From the NCBI GenBank assembly GCA_046290225.1, contig JBKAGE010000071.1, forward strand, positions 64,001 through 128,000: a stretch of DNA of 64,000 nucleotides. The letters are read 5' to 3'. The stretch is from Bradymonadia bacterium. Its GTDB lineage: Bacteria > Myxococcota_A > Bradymonadia > UBA7976 > UBA1532. The position numbers and the translations under genes were made by a program. Numbering within the stretch: position 1 is the first letter of the stretch; each line of letters starts with the position of its first letter. Shown one piece after another: positions 1 to 10,037 of the stretch. The notes beneath the pieces are model-generated. The model had not been told where the DNA came from. It saw only the letters and a program-made list of their open reading frames with translations, and searched no databases.

Positions 1-1711
1 TGCCGAGCACCTCGTGGCTGTGCTGGTCGAGCTCAAGCACAGTGTTGTCGGGACCCTTGGCGAACAGGCGAACACTGTCGGGTGAGAATTTGGCCCCGTC
101 GTAACGCAGAGGGGCGTATGGCTCGCCTGTGTCTACGCGGATGACGGTTTTGCCGCTGGCCCAGAGGCTGTTGTCGGGCGACAACGTGCCAGTGCTCGTG
201 CCCCAAAGGTGTGGGTCCTTCGTGTCGTACTGGAAGGTGACCTGCTTGAGCACTCGGCGCGTCGCCATGTTCCAGGTCAAGGCGCCCTGACCGCTCACTG
301 TGAGCAACCGGTCGTGACCAACGAATCGGCAGATGTGGGTTTCGAGCCGCACTTTGAAGGTCGACAGCTCAGCATCACTGTCTGCCGCATAGAAGTACAC
401 CTCAGTGGTCTTGCGCCTGCGCGGCAGCGCCGTACACACCACCAACGTCTCACCGTCAGGGGACACGCCCATGCCCATGATTTGATTGCTCGCAGCTGGA
501 TATGTCCAGCGCAGGGCTCCAGTGTGCATGTGGTGTACGTACACGCGTTTTTGGGAGGCGATGTACATGCGATCACCGTAAGCACAGACCGCTGCGATGA
601 GCTCGTAGGGGTGGCTGTCGTCATCGGGTGCGAGTTCGAGTTCGAACTCGAGCAGGTGATCACCTGTCGCCCGAGACCACATGTGCACGACGCCGTTGAT
701 GTCCCAGGTGACGAAGCGGTCGTCGTCGATCTGAGCTGCACCCTTGATTGTGCAGGCGTGCACTCCACCGTGATCGTCTCGACGCTCACCAGTGTGTGGA
801 TCCCAGAGGCGGGTGCGGTCTTCTACACCACTGCTCGACGCCAGTAGATCGCCACCTGGATGCAGGGCGAGAGAGTCGGTGAAGCCTTTGTGGCTCTTCC
901 AGGTGTACTCGAGTCCACCTGTGGTCGTGTTTCGGCGCTCGATGTGCGCGCCGTGCCCTATCCAGTGGTGCCCATCGCCGCACACGAAGGAGGCATCAGG
1001 ATCAGCGTCCACCGTCCACAGTAAATCGCACGTGGCGACGTCCCAGGCGCGGTGGGTGCTGTCGTGGGATCCCGTGAGCAGGGTGGCGCTGTCAGGCGTG
1101 AAGGCCATCCGTCTGATTTCGTCGGAGTGCCCGGTCAGGAAGCGGGGCTTGCCACCAAAGGGCGCAGACCACACCCGCACGCGCTTGGTGCCGGAGACCG
1201 CGATGTGTTGCCCATCGGGTGAGCAGACCAGGGCGATGGGCCGCCCGCGCCCGAGCGGCCATGCCTGAACCTCATCACCGGTGGTGAGATCCAGCAGCTG
1301 CACTGTGTTGTTGAAGTCATTCGCGGCGACGATGACATCGCCAGGATGGAGAAACCATCCCCCCCGATAGGCGATGCCAGGGTAGGCGCGTATGTGGGTC
1401 AGCGTGAGATCGTCGGGATCGATCTGGATGTGGTGCAGGCTGCCGAGCTGATGCGCCAGCACATCGCACCCGTTGGGGGAGACGATGGGGCGGTGGAGAG
1501 AGTTGCCCTCGACGCTCAACGACTTGAGGCGCACACCGCTCTGTGGATCCCACAGTGACATGGTGCCGCCATTGCATGATACGAGCACTCGCCCCCCCAG
1601 GGCCCAGACGAGCCCTGCTTCGGTGCCTGCTCTGAAGCGATGGGTGCCCAAAGGTTGAATGTTGACAGAGGGTGGGGGAGCAGAAGCAGGTGTACGTGGC
1701 AACAGGAGCAA
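1..1711 (-). CDS. WD40/beta-propeller repeat protein (3' end runs off the window; start uncertain, TTG 1711 or ATG 1561)
   Basis: Manual translation of a minus frame missing from the ORF track: ...ALVCSPDGQHIAVSGTKRVRVWS...LTGHSDEIRRMAFTPDSATLLTGSHDSTHRAWDVAT..., typical GH...WD repeats. The segments read, including the one reaching base 1, are stop-free. Confidence 0.8.
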   Translation of the reverse strand, partial: MLLLPRTPASAPPPSVNIQPLGTHRFRAGTEAGLVWALGGRVLVSCNGGTMSLWDPQSGVRLKSLSVEGNSLHRPIVSPNGCDVLAHQLGSLHHIQIDPDDLTLTHIRAYPGIAYRGGWFLHPGDVIVAANDFNNTVQLLDLTTGDEVQAWPLGRGRPIALVCSPDGQHIAVSGTKRVRVWSAPFGGKPRFLTGHSDEIRRMAFTPDSATLLTGSHDSTHRAWDVATCDLLWTVDADPDASFVCGDGHHWIGHGAHIERRNTTTGGLEYTWKSHKGFTDSLALHPGGDLLASSSGVEDRTRLWDPHTGERRDDHGGVHACTIKGAAQIDDDRFVTWDINGVVHMWSRATGDHLLEFELELAPDDDSHPYELIAAVCAYGDRMYIASQKRVYVHHMHTGALRWTYPAASNQIMGMGVSPDGETLVVCTALPRRRKTTEVYFYAADSDAELSTFKVRLETHICRFVGHDRLLTVSGQGALTWNMATRRVLKQVTFQYDTKDPHLWGTSTGTLSPDNSLWASGKTVIRVDTGEPYAPLRYDGAKFSPDSVRLFAKGPDNTVLELDQHSHEVLG

Positions 1712-1791
1712 CCTTGTGTGAGAGTCGTCGATGGCAGTGAGCGTACTGTGGCGATTCAGCCTGACACCGCGCCCGAGAGGTAGAAGAGCAC

Positions 1792-2910
1792 ATGCGTTCG
1801 AGCAGAGCACGCTTCGAATTCGTCGTCATGGTGATGCTGTTGATCGTCCTCTCGCTGACTGGCCAGATCGCGCGCACGGTGCTGTGGTCGCACGGGTGGG
1901 GAGACTGGGAGGCGCCGTGGTTTTCGTGGGCCACGTCCATCCATCGAGGCGTCGCACTGATGTACGCCATCCCCTTCGCGGTCAAGTGGCTGCCCGTTTT
2001 ACTTTATGCCCCACCTGAGGCCCAGGCCGGCCCATTGAGGCGGGCCCTCGCCCGAGGCTCCACGATCTGCTTCCTCGGCGCTCTGGTGTGCACGGTGCTG
2101 GCGCATACCGTGGCCAGCATATGGTTTTGCCTGTTCTTGCCCCTCATGGCGATGAGCATCAGCCTGGAACTCTATGTATGGATCAGCGCCTTGCAGCGGG
2201 CGGGCATGACCTTGCGCCACCCCATTGTCTGGGGCGTTTTAGGCTCGACCTTTGCCACACTGTGGTTTCTCGTGCCGCCCTCGGTGCTCTGTATCAAGCT
2301 GCTTCTGACGGATGTGCTGAACATCGACGAGCGCGCCTTGCTCACATATGGCATGGAGACGCTGACGTTCTCCTGGTGGGCTGCCTATGCGATGACCGCG
2401 CCGTTGCTGGCAGGGCTCGCAGTGAGTCTCGTGTCACACACAACGCGCCACAAACACATCATGTGGTGGATCGCTCTCCCAATGGCCTTGAGTGCTTTTG
2501 TGCCTCTCTTTCTGGGCGCGCTCATGGGCACGCTCGGGCGTGGGGCACTCATCGATACATACGCCACCGTCGCGGTGCGGCATGGCACGATCCTGAGCGT
2601 GATCGGCCTCAGCGGCCTGATCGTGGCGCTGCCCCAGCTGAGTCGAGCGTCTCAGGCCAGTCTTGCCTTCTGGGTCGTCGGCAGCACCCTCGCCGTGTGC
2701 TTGAGCGAGACGTGGCTGGGCTTCAATGGCATGTCTCTGGGTGAGCCAGATGTTCAGCCACAGTTCGAGCATATGCACCGCGTAGCGGGTGTGAGCCACT
2801 GGGCACTCGTCGCTGGATGGTGTGTGATGTTGCCCCTGGTGTGGCGGGGGGTCAGGCGGGGACTCAAGGGGCATGACCCGGACATGAACCGGGCTGGTGT
2901 GTTCGATTGA
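1792..2910 (+). CDS. Polytopic membrane protein, degenerate heme-copper oxidase subunit I (COX1-like) homolog
   Basis: Hydrophobic helices with COX1-like motifs in order: TSIHRG, AGMTLRHPIVW, LLLTDV, DTYATVAVRH, WLGFNGM. Binuclear-centre His residues are missing. Confidence 0.6.
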   Translation: MRSSRARFEFVVMVMLLIVLSLTGQIARTVLWSHGWGDWEAPWFSWATSIHRGVALMYAIPFAVKWLPVLLYAPPEAQAGPLRRALARGSTICFLGALVCTVLAHTVASIWFCLFLPLMAMSISLELYVWISALQRAGMTLRHPIVWGVLGSTFATLWFLVPPSVLCIKLLLTDVLNIDERALLTYGMETLTFSWWAAYAMTAPLLAGLAVSLVSHTTRHKHIMWWIALPMALSAFVPLFLGALMGTLGRGALIDTYATVAVRHGTILSVIGLSGLIVALPQLSRASQASLAFWVVGSTLAVCLSETWLGFNGMSLGEPDVQPQFEHMHRVAGVSHWALVAGWCVMLPLVWRGVRRGLKGHDPDMNRAGVFD

Positions 2911-2922
2911 GCGAACCAGCCT

Positions 2923-5256
2923 TCAGCGGTGCAGGTCGAAGCGGTCAGCCTGCATGACCTTGGCCCAGGCGGCGACGAAGTCCTCGGCGAAGGCCTGCTC
3001 GGCGTTGGCGTAGCTGTAGTGCTCCACCAGGGCCCGGAGCTCCGAGTTCGAGCCGAAGACGAGATCCACCTCCGTGGCCGTCCACTTCACCTTGCCGTCG
3101 GCGCGCCCTTCGAAGATCGCAGGATCAGAGGCTGAGGGGGCCCAGCGCACCGCGCGGTCGGCCAGGTTGATGAAGAAATCGTTCGACAAGGTGCCTGGGC
3201 GATCGGTGAGCACCCCGTGCTTTGAGCCGCCAGCGTTGGCGTTCAGAGCCCGCATACCGCCCACGAGGACCGCCATCTCGGGCACGGTCAGGTCGAGCAG
3301 ATCTGCCTTCTCGATGAGGGCCGCCGAAGGGGAGCGCAGGGCCTTGGCGCTGCGGTAGTTGCGGAACCCGTCCGCCCGAGGCTCGAGGTAGCTGAAGGAC
3401 TCTACGTCGGTCTGATCCTGGCGGGCGTCGGCACGGCCGGGGACGAAGGGCACCTTCACCTTGCCGCCAGAGGCTTTCTCGATGGCTGCGGCCCCGCCGA
3501 GCACGATGAGATCAGCCAGAGAGATGCGAGTGCCATCGGCCTGAGCGTCATTGAAGGTTTTCTGAACGCCCTTGAGTGCACCGATGACCTTGGACACCTC
3601 CGCGGGGTTGTTCACCGCCCAGTCTTTCTGGGGGGCGAGGGCGATCCGAGCGCCATTGGCGCCGCCGCGGCGATCGGTGGCGCGGTAGCTCGAGGCCGAG
3701 GCCCAGGCGGTGCGCACGAGCTCAGGTACGGAGAGGCCCGTGGCGAGCACCTTGCCCTTGAGGGCGGCGATGTCAGCGGCATCGACGAGGGGGTGCTTCA
3801 CCTCCGGCACCGGGTCCTGCCAGATGAAGCTCTCCGAGGGCACGTCGTTGCCCAGGTAGCGTGCCTTGGGGCCCATGTCGCGGTGGGTCAGCTTGAACCA
3901 TGCCTTGGCGAAAGCCGCCTCGAAGGCCTTCGGATCATCTTTGAAGCGCTTGGAGATCTCCTGGTACTTCGGGTCCATGCGCATGGACAGATCGGTGGTG
4001 AACATCATCGGCGCGTGGCGCTTCTTCGGGTCATGGGCGTCGGGCACCATGTTCGCCGCCGCGGGGTTGGTGGGCTTCCATTGTGTTGCCCCAGCAGGGC
4101 TCTTTGTCTTCTCCCACTCGAAGGCGTAGAGGTTGCCCAGGTACTGATGGGTCCACTGAGCCGGTGAAGAGGTCCAGGCACCCTCGAGGCCGCTGGTGAC
4201 TGTGTCTTCGGCGTTGCCCTTGCCACATTTGCTGTGCCAGCCCATGCCCTGGGCTGCGACGCCCTCGCCGGCGGGCTCCACGCCGACGCACTCTTCGGGC
4301 TTGTGGGCGCCATGGGCCTTGCCGAAGGTGTGACCGCCGGCGATGAGGGCCACCGTCTCCTCGTCGTCCATGGCCATGAGGCCGAAAGTGGTGCGGATGT
4401 CGTGGGCGGCGGCCATTGGGTCGGGGGTGCCGTTGGGCCCTTCGGGGTTCACGTAGATCAGCCCCATCTGCACCGCCGCCATGGGGTGAGCGAGCTCGCG
4501 CTTGCCGTGGTAGCGCTCGTCGGCCCCCATCTTGTGCTCGGGGCCCCAGTACACGAGATCAGCCTCCCAGTCGTCTACGCGGCCGCCGGCGAAGCCGAGG
4601 GTCTTGAAGCCCATCTCCTCCATGGCCACGTTGCCGGCGAGGATCATCAAATCTGCCCACGAGATGTTGCGCCCGTACTTCTGCTTGATGGGCCAGAGCA
4701 AGCGCCGGGCCTTGTCGAGGTTGGCGTTGTCGGGCCAGCTGTTCAGGGGCTCGAACCGCTGCTGACCACCATCGGCGCCGCCGCGGCCGTCGGTGACCCG
4801 GTAGGTGCCGGCGCTGTGCCATGCCATGCGAATGAAGAGAGGGCCATAGTTGCCGAAGTCTGCAGGCCACCACTCTTGGGAGGTGGTGAGGGATTTGGCG
4901 ATGTCCTTCTTGAGGGCCTCCATGTCGAGGTCCGCGAAAGCCTTGGCGTAGTCGAACTGACCTTGGGTGGGATCAGACAAAGGTCCGTTGTTGCGCAGGG
5001 GACCGAGATCGACGCTCTTGGGCCACCAGTCCCGGTTGCTCTTAGGGGTGAAGTCGCTTTTGCGCTTCGCGTGGTCGTAGCCCGGTCGGCCATGCGCACC
5101 CTGGACTGCCTTGTCTTCCGTACTCTTTTCGGGTGTTTGGGCGGCAGGAGTTGGCTTGGCGTCCGCCACAGAGGTGGTGCCCTGACCACAGGCTGTGAGG
5201 CTGCCCGCTGCTGCGAGGGCGAGGAATACAGAGGTACGGTTCGAAGTGGACATCAT
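2923..5256 (-). CDS. katG: Catalase-peroxidase with N-terminal lipoprotein signal
   Basis: [11 protein letters not shown] (distal R/W/H), [20 protein letters not shown] (proximal His), [10 protein letters not shown]-terminal DRFDL. N-terminus [13 protein letters not shown] looks like a lipobox. Confidence 0.97.
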   Translation of the reverse strand: MMSTSNRTSVFLALAAAGSLTACGQGTTSVADAKPTPAAQTPEKSTEDKAVQGAHGRPGYDHAKRKSDFTPKSNRDWWPKSVDLGPLRNNGPLSDPTQGQFDYAKAFADLDMEALKKDIAKSLTTSQEWWPADFGNYGPLFIRMAWHSAGTYRVTDGRGGADGGQQRFEPLNSWPDNANLDKARRLLWPIKQKYGRNISWADLMILAGNVAMEEMGFKTLGFAGGRVDDWEADLVYWGPEHKMGADERYHGKRELAHPMAAVQMGLIYVNPEGPNGTPDPMAAAHDIRTTFGLMAMDDEETVALIAGGHTFGKAHGAHKPEECVGVEPAGEGVAAQGMGWHSKCGKGNAEDTVTSGLEGAWTSSPAQWTHQYLGNLYAFEWEKTKSPAGATQWKPTNPAAANMVPDAHDPKKRHAPMMFTTDLSMRMDPKYQEISKRFKDDPKAFEAAFAKAWFKLTHRDMGPKARYLGNDVPSESFIWQDPVPEVKHPLVDAADIAALKGKVLATGLSVPELVRTAWASASSYRATDRRGGANGARIALAPQKDWAVNNPAEVSKVIGALKGVQKTFNDAQADGTRISLADLIVLGGAAAIEKASGGKVKVPFVPGRADARQDQTDVESFSYLEPRADGFRNYRSAKALRSPSAALIEKADLLDLTVPEMAVLVGGMRALNANAGGSKHGVLTDRPGTLSNDFFINLADRAVRWAPSASDPAIFEGRADGKVKWTATEVDLVFGSNSELRALVEHYSYANAEQAFAEDFVAAWAKVMQADRFDLHR

Positions 5257-5298
5257 CTCTCCTACATCAGGGGGGGGGCGTGTGTGCCTCTGATGTAG

Positions 5299-5315
5299 AG
5301 CGAGGGGCGTGCCAG
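5299..5315 (-). promoter_or_regulatory. Putative sigma-54 (-24/-12) promoter of katG
   Basis: Minus strand CTGGCACGCCCCTCGCT has GG-N10-GC spacing and is close to the YTGGCACGNNNNTTGCW consensus, about 45 bp upstream of the katG start. Confidence 0.4.
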
Positions 5316-5537
5316 CTTTCGGTGGAAGGCTGCGGAGATGTGTCTTTGGCGGGTATGTTTCTGTTTTACAAAGAGAAGGTAGGGCTGTGTGTGTGAGGCA
5401 TGTAATTGAAGGCTGGAACGATATTTCGGTGGGGGTGGAACGCTATATCGTTGAGAGCGATATGTCGTGCATTTGTGCATGCAGGTCAGGCGATGTGAGA
5501 ATGCCCTGAGGCACACTTGGGCTTCACATGCGCTGCA

Positions 5538-8500
5538 TCATGCCCGGAGCGAGCTTCGGGGGATCTCGACTTCGATCTTCTCGACGCGCGCGTCGCGTTT
5601 GAAGATGTGCCCGCTGTCGACTGCACTCAGAGAGGTGCCAGCGAGAGTCTCTTCACCACCAGAGGTGCGGGTGATGGTGATCCGGGCTGTGTCACCCAGG
5701 CGATAGCAGATCGGCACCTGGCAGACCGTGAAGCCCAGAGACTCTGCTGGGAGATCCCACGTGCGCTCTCGACCCTCGAGATCGATGTAGTGGAACGTCT
5801 CCGGGACCTCGATGAATTCCGACCGGTGTAGCAGTGTGGGCTGGAACCGCAGACATGCGTCGACGATGTCTACGCCCAACTCGCCCCAGCGCGTGATCAC
5901 TTCTTCCTTCACCTGGCCTGTCATCCCCGGCTGCTGCGCGCCCAGATGACGGGGTGAGTGAGAGTATGGATCCGTGGGGATCGCCCCGAAGACTTCGGGG
6001 GTCTTGGTGAAGCCCAACCCCAGGCGGATGTCGTCGTAGGCTGCAGCGAGGGCCTCGGCATGCTCAGGCGCTGCGCTCTGGTAGCATTCCTGCACCGCCA
6101 GCAGCAGCTTGGCCACCATGTGCCAGTAGATGCTGCCGAGCCCTTCGAAGGCGAAGAAGGTGCTGCTGCGCCCTGTGAAGGCCCGGTGATTGAAGACCTG
6201 CTCCCAGAGGTCGAGCACCGCCTCGCGCTCCTCAGGGGTGGCGTCGAAGTCGTCGAGGCGGGCCTCCACATCTCGGGCGCTGGTCATGTCACCTTGAAAG
6301 TGCACATCGCCATGGGCATCGCGGAGCACCAGCAGTCGATCGCCGACGTCGAGCAGTCGCTTCAGCAAGGGCACCTGCTCGGCGGCCCCCTGAGGGAGGG
6401 TGTTTCGCTCGAGGAAGGGGGTGAGCGTCTGATCGGGGTACAGCAGATAGCTGTGCTGATCAGCCCGGTACAGATCGCTCTTGCGCATGGCCTGGAGCAG
6501 CTCGATCACCTCAGCTTCGGGGAGCAAGCCCGCGCTCAAGATCGCCACCTGGCCTTCGAGCATCTCCGCGAGGTGCCGCACGATGAGGCCGTCGGGGGTG
6601 ACCTCGAGGGTGTTGTACGCGTGGTACAGGCCGTCCTCACGCCGGTTGGCGCGGATACAGTCGTCGATGGCCCGGGTGGCGTGGTCGAACAGGTTGAGCA
6701 CGTGGGTGAGTGGCACCCGGGCGGGCTGACCGAGGCTGCGGGCATAGACATGGCCGCGATAGGCCTCACCGGCGCGGCCGAGGGCTTCGAAGGTCATCGC
6801 CGGGGTGGCCTCAGCGTCGCTCAGGGCCGCGCTCACTTCGTAGAGCAGGCCAGCGAGTGGTGCCGAGAGCTCGAAGACCAGTACACCGGCCTGTTCGAAG
6901 AGCGGCCGGCAGAAGGCCAGATAGCGGCGGATGTAATACACCGTCACCATCGAGAGGCCCCAGCCGGCGAGGGCGTTGTTGGCGTCGTTCCATTCGGGCC
7001 GCTGGGTGTTCAGCCAGATGCCGCCACCAGGCACGAAGTTGGTGAGCTTCGCCAGCAGCGGCACCAGCAGCTTCTCGGCGAGGGTGGCCAGCACCACCTC
7101 TCCGGCCCCTGCTTGGAGCAGCTTGCCGTCGCCCCCTTGCTCTGCAGCCCGGGCCATGAGGGCCTCGTGGCGATCCATGTTGAAGTGGATGCTCTGGCGT
7201 GGGTCAGCCACCAGAGCATCGAAGCCGGCGATCTCGTAGGGCACCTCGGCGTAGGCATAGGCCCGTCGACACAGCTCGGCGGCGAGGCGCCCGGGGTGGT
7301 AACGGGCGTCGGCTTCGAGCAGACGCAGCAAGTAGATGATTTGATGATCGCCCCAGTACCCGATGCCGCCCCACTCGTCGTCAGGCTCGAGGACCTCCCA
7401 GTCGATGCCCTCTCGGGTCACGCGGTAGGGGTTGTAGCCGTCGGCAGTGCTGGCGTTGAGGAACACTGAGATCATGTGAGGCAGCCAGCTGGGGTAGCTG
7501 GCGGCGAGGGCTTCCCAGTTCTGGAAGATGTCTCGCCAGTTGCCCTCGTAGGTGTACCGCGCCCGGCCCTGCTCATCTTTGAGACGGATGGCGAACAGGT
7601 TCCACGGGCGGCTGGGATCACCGTGTCGACGGCTAAAGGTCAGCGGCAGATATTCTGCAGCGAGTCGCTGTAGCTGCGGATCTCCATGACCTTCGAGGAA
7701 CCCCCGGAGCGTGTCGAGGTCGAGGGGATCGGGCAGCGCCGCGAGATCGCTGGCGTACCGCGTGGCCACGGCGAGGTTGCGGCCCTCGAGGAACTGCAAA
7801 AAGTCGCCTCGAGGGAATGCATATCCGGCGTCGAAGGTGCCTCCGCGCATGCAGTTGAACAGCACATTGGAGAAGTGGTGCACGCTGGTGTAGCGGTCGG
7901 CGGTGTGCTGCAGCCCGTCAGCAAAGGCGATGCGATCGCGCAACCCGCGGCGGTTGGATTCCACTGCCCGCGTCACACGATCGAAGAGGGCCCCAGGCTC
8001 AGCAAGCTCGCCCTTGAGCTGGACCAGCGCCGTATGATCGAGCTCGGTATCGGCGACGTGCAACCACGTCTTCGTCGCCCCAGGAGCGAGGGTGATCGTG
8101 TCAGCGATCAAGCAGGCGCCGGGGGCACCGCGGATCTCGAACTCGTCCTCCACCGGTTGTCCGTATCGGAACTGAGTCAGCTGCTGAGTGGAGAGCAGCA
8201 CCGTGGGGTTGTCGTGGCCCAGAGACCAGCCCACCGCGGCCCGCAGAGACTCGGAGGGCTCGGCGAGGTCGGTGAGCCGGGCGTTGAGCGTGTAGATGCC
8301 CAGGGGCAAGCCCGGGGCCCGCTCGTGGCGCATGTAGGCCGCGGCGAGGTAGCTCAGCTGCGACATCATGCGGGTGCTCAGGCTTGGTGGGTACAGCTGG
8401 TGCCAACCGTCGAGGTAGCGGATCTCCACAGGATCCCCAGAGAGGTTGTCCACATGGCAGAAGCGCACGATGCCGTAGATGTCACTGGTGGTGAGCTCGG

Positions 8501-8942
8501 TGCGCACCCGCAGGCCGAGGTCGAGGTTGGTCTCCTCGTACACCACAGATGTGCCATGTACGTGCTTGTAGAGATTGCGCTGGAGTGCATAGGCCCGGCC
8601 GCTCTCCTGCCAGGGCTCCCAGAGCGACCACCCACCTGCTCGGCGGATCAGCAGCGAGGTCCGGGCCCCCATGGAGTCGGGGCGCTCGAGAATGCGATCC
8701 ACGGTCAGATAAGGGAACAAGGCACTATCAGGCTTTACGCGACCTGCGACGAAGGCGCCGTTGCTGCCGGCGAAGAGCCATGGATCCCCATCGCTCACGA
8801 TGCTCATGAAGAATGCGGGCATGGCGTCGATGTTCGAGACGCGCAGGTAGGGCTGGCCATCGAGATCGACGAGATCCCAGCCGATCTCCTGATCGGGCGA
8901 GTGGAAGGGGGTGCTGCCCAGGAGGACGGGGTGTTGCTTCAT
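5538..8942 (-). CDS. Large glycoside phosphorylase, probably GH149 beta-1,3-glucan phosphorylase
   Basis: 1134 aa with FSRRHGDPSRPWN, YEGNWRDIFQNWEAL, NASTADGYNPYR, QRPEWNDANNAL, EGLGSIYWHMV and QQPGMTGQVKE. Size and motifs match GH149 members as recalled. Confidence 0.75.
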   Translation of the reverse strand: MKQHPVLLGSTPFHSPDQEIGWDLVDLDGQPYLRVSNIDAMPAFFMSIVSDGDPWLFAGSNGAFVAGRVKPDSALFPYLTVDRILERPDSMGARTSLLIRRAGGWSLWEPWQESGRAYALQRNLYKHVHGTSVVYEETNLDLGLRVRTELTTSDIYGIVRFCHVDNLSGDPVEIRYLDGWHQLYPPSLSTRMMSQLSYLAAAYMRHERAPGLPLGIYTLNARLTDLAEPSESLRAAVGWSLGHDNPTVLLSTQQLTQFRYGQPVEDEFEIRGAPGACLIADTITLAPGATKTWLHVADTELDHTALVQLKGELAEPGALFDRVTRAVESNRRGLRDRIAFADGLQHTADRYTSVHHFSNVLFNCMRGGTFDAGYAFPRGDFLQFLEGRNLAVATRYASDLAALPDPLDLDTLRGFLEGHGDPQLQRLAAEYLPLTFSRRHGDPSRPWNLFAIRLKDEQGRARYTYEGNWRDIFQNWEALAASYPSWLPHMISVFLNASTADGYNPYRVTREGIDWEVLEPDDEWGGIGYWGDHQIIYLLRLLEADARYHPGRLAAELCRRAYAYAEVPYEIAGFDALVADPRQSIHFNMDRHEALMARAAEQGGDGKLLQAGAGEVVLATLAEKLLVPLLAKLTNFVPGGGIWLNTQRPEWNDANNALAGWGLSMVTVYYIRRYLAFCRPLFEQAGVLVFELSAPLAGLLYEVSAALSDAEATPAMTFEALGRAGEAYRGHVYARSLGQPARVPLTHVLNLFDHATRAIDDCIRANRREDGLYHAYNTLEVTPDGLIVRHLAEMLEGQVAILSAGLLPEAEVIELLQAMRKSDLYRADQHSYLLYPDQTLTPFLERNTLPQGAAEQVPLLKRLLDVGDRLLVLRDAHGDVHFQGDMTSARDVEARLDDFDATPEEREAVLDLWEQVFNHRAFTGRSSTFFAFEGLGSIYWHMVAKLLLAVQECYQSAAPEHAEALAAAYDDIRLGLGFTKTPEVFGAIPTDPYSHSPRHLGAQQPGMTGQVKEEVITRWGELGVDIVDACLRFQPTLLHRSEFIEVPETFHYIDLEGRERTWDLPAESLGFTVCQVPICYRLGDTARITITRTSGGEETLAGTSLSAVDSGHIFKRDARVEKIEVEIPRSSLRA

Positions 8943-9133
8943 GACGTGCCGTGAATCAGGGGGTTTCGAGGTCGAGGCCGCGGCGGCCGGGACGACACCT
9001 GTGTGGTGCGAACATGCCTCATGATGCGGGAGAGCACGCTGTCACTCAAGGTGTTGTTTGCATTGATGATCCCGTGACCCGAGATGGTCCACGTCTCGAT
9101 CTGGTGTGCCCTCGATATGTACGGTTTTTTGCA

Positions 9134-10024
9134 TCAGTGATGATAGAGCTGCTCCAGCTGAGTCAGATGCTCAGAGTCACGTAAAGACTGCAGGCCTTTC
9201 TCGTTGACTCGAGCGCGGCCGACGCTCAGGGACTTCAAGTTCGACAGTGCAGGACAATTCGCCAGTGCAAGGGCGCCGTAGTTGCCGATGCTGTTCTGGC
9301 CCATGGTCAGCTTGGTGAGGTTGACCAGCGTCGTCGTCCTGGCGAAGGCCTCGGCCCCCTGTCGTTTGATCTTGTTGCCAGCCACATTGAGCGTGTGCAG
9401 GTTGCCCAGGTGTGGTGAATCGCCGATGGCTGCGATGCCATCGTCGCCAATCTCATTGATGCTGATATCGAGTTCGGTCAGTGCCTTCATCTTCGGCGAC
9501 TCAGCGAGAGCTCGAGCGCCCCTGGCGCCGATCTCGTTGTGATAGAGCCGCAGATACTCGAGCCCCTCGATGGACTCGGCCTCTGCCAGCGCGGCCATGG
9601 CCTCGTCGCCCAGGTGATTGCCGCCGACGTCGAGGCGCACCACATTGCCCAAGTGTGGAGATCGCGTCATTTGCACGAACCCCGCGTCGGTGAGTTTGCA
9701 CTTGTAGCTGATGTCGATGGCCGTTAGGCAGCTGAGCTGCGGCGTGTGGCACATCGCCTCGTAATCAAAGCGCCGATCTTCGATGGCCAGGGCGATGCGG
9801 GTGCCCTCAGGCAACAGTTGAGACAGCAGGGTGATCTCGTCGAGGGTGTATCCGTGGCACAGGGGCAGCTTCCCAGTCTGGGCCAGGTAGGGGAGCCACA
9901 CCTCTCGATAGTGCACCTCGTCGAGGGCATAGGCCGCTTCGAGTACCCTTCGCATGGACCAGTAATCTACAGATACGCGGCTCGCGTCGAAGAGGCCGCG
10001 GAGCGCATCAAAGAGATCATTCAC
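9134..10024 (-). CDS. Leucine-rich repeat protein (ribonuclease-inhibitor/GALA-like, ~28-aa repeats)
   Basis: Repeats LxxLdLxxNxIGdxGaxALA, e.g. LEYLRLYHNEIGARGARALA and LTELDISINEIGDDGIAAIG. GTG start. Confidence 0.9.
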   Translation of the reverse strand: MNDLFDALRGLFDASRVSVDYWSMRRVLEAAYALDEVHYREVWLPYLAQTGKLPLCHGYTLDEITLLSQLLPEGTRIALAIEDRRFDYEAMCHTPQLSCLTAIDISYKCKLTDAGFVQMTRSPHLGNVVRLDVGGNHLGDEAMAALAEAESIEGLEYLRLYHNEIGARGARALAESPKMKALTELDISINEIGDDGIAAIGDSPHLGNLHTLNVAGNKIKRQGAEAFARTTTLVNLTKLTMGQNSIGNYGALALANCPALSNLKSLSVGRARVNEKGLQSLRDSEHLTQLEQLYHH

Positions 10025-10037
10025 GATGGCTTTTCCG

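Noticed and set aside
209..1268. Plus-strand ORFs 209-847 and 792-1268 from the ORF track
   Set aside because: Antisense shadows of the minus-strand WD40 gene, which the track missed because it runs off the window.
1359..1365. C7 homopolymer in the WD40 gene as a possible frameshift or phase-variation site
   Set aside because: The frame reads through correctly (YRGGWF); no evidence of slippage.
5262..5298. Hairpin ctacatcag...ctgatgtag next to the katG RBS as a possible riboregulator
   Set aside because: Only about 9-12 bp. If the sigma-54 promoter is real, its 5' arm would be largely untranscribed.
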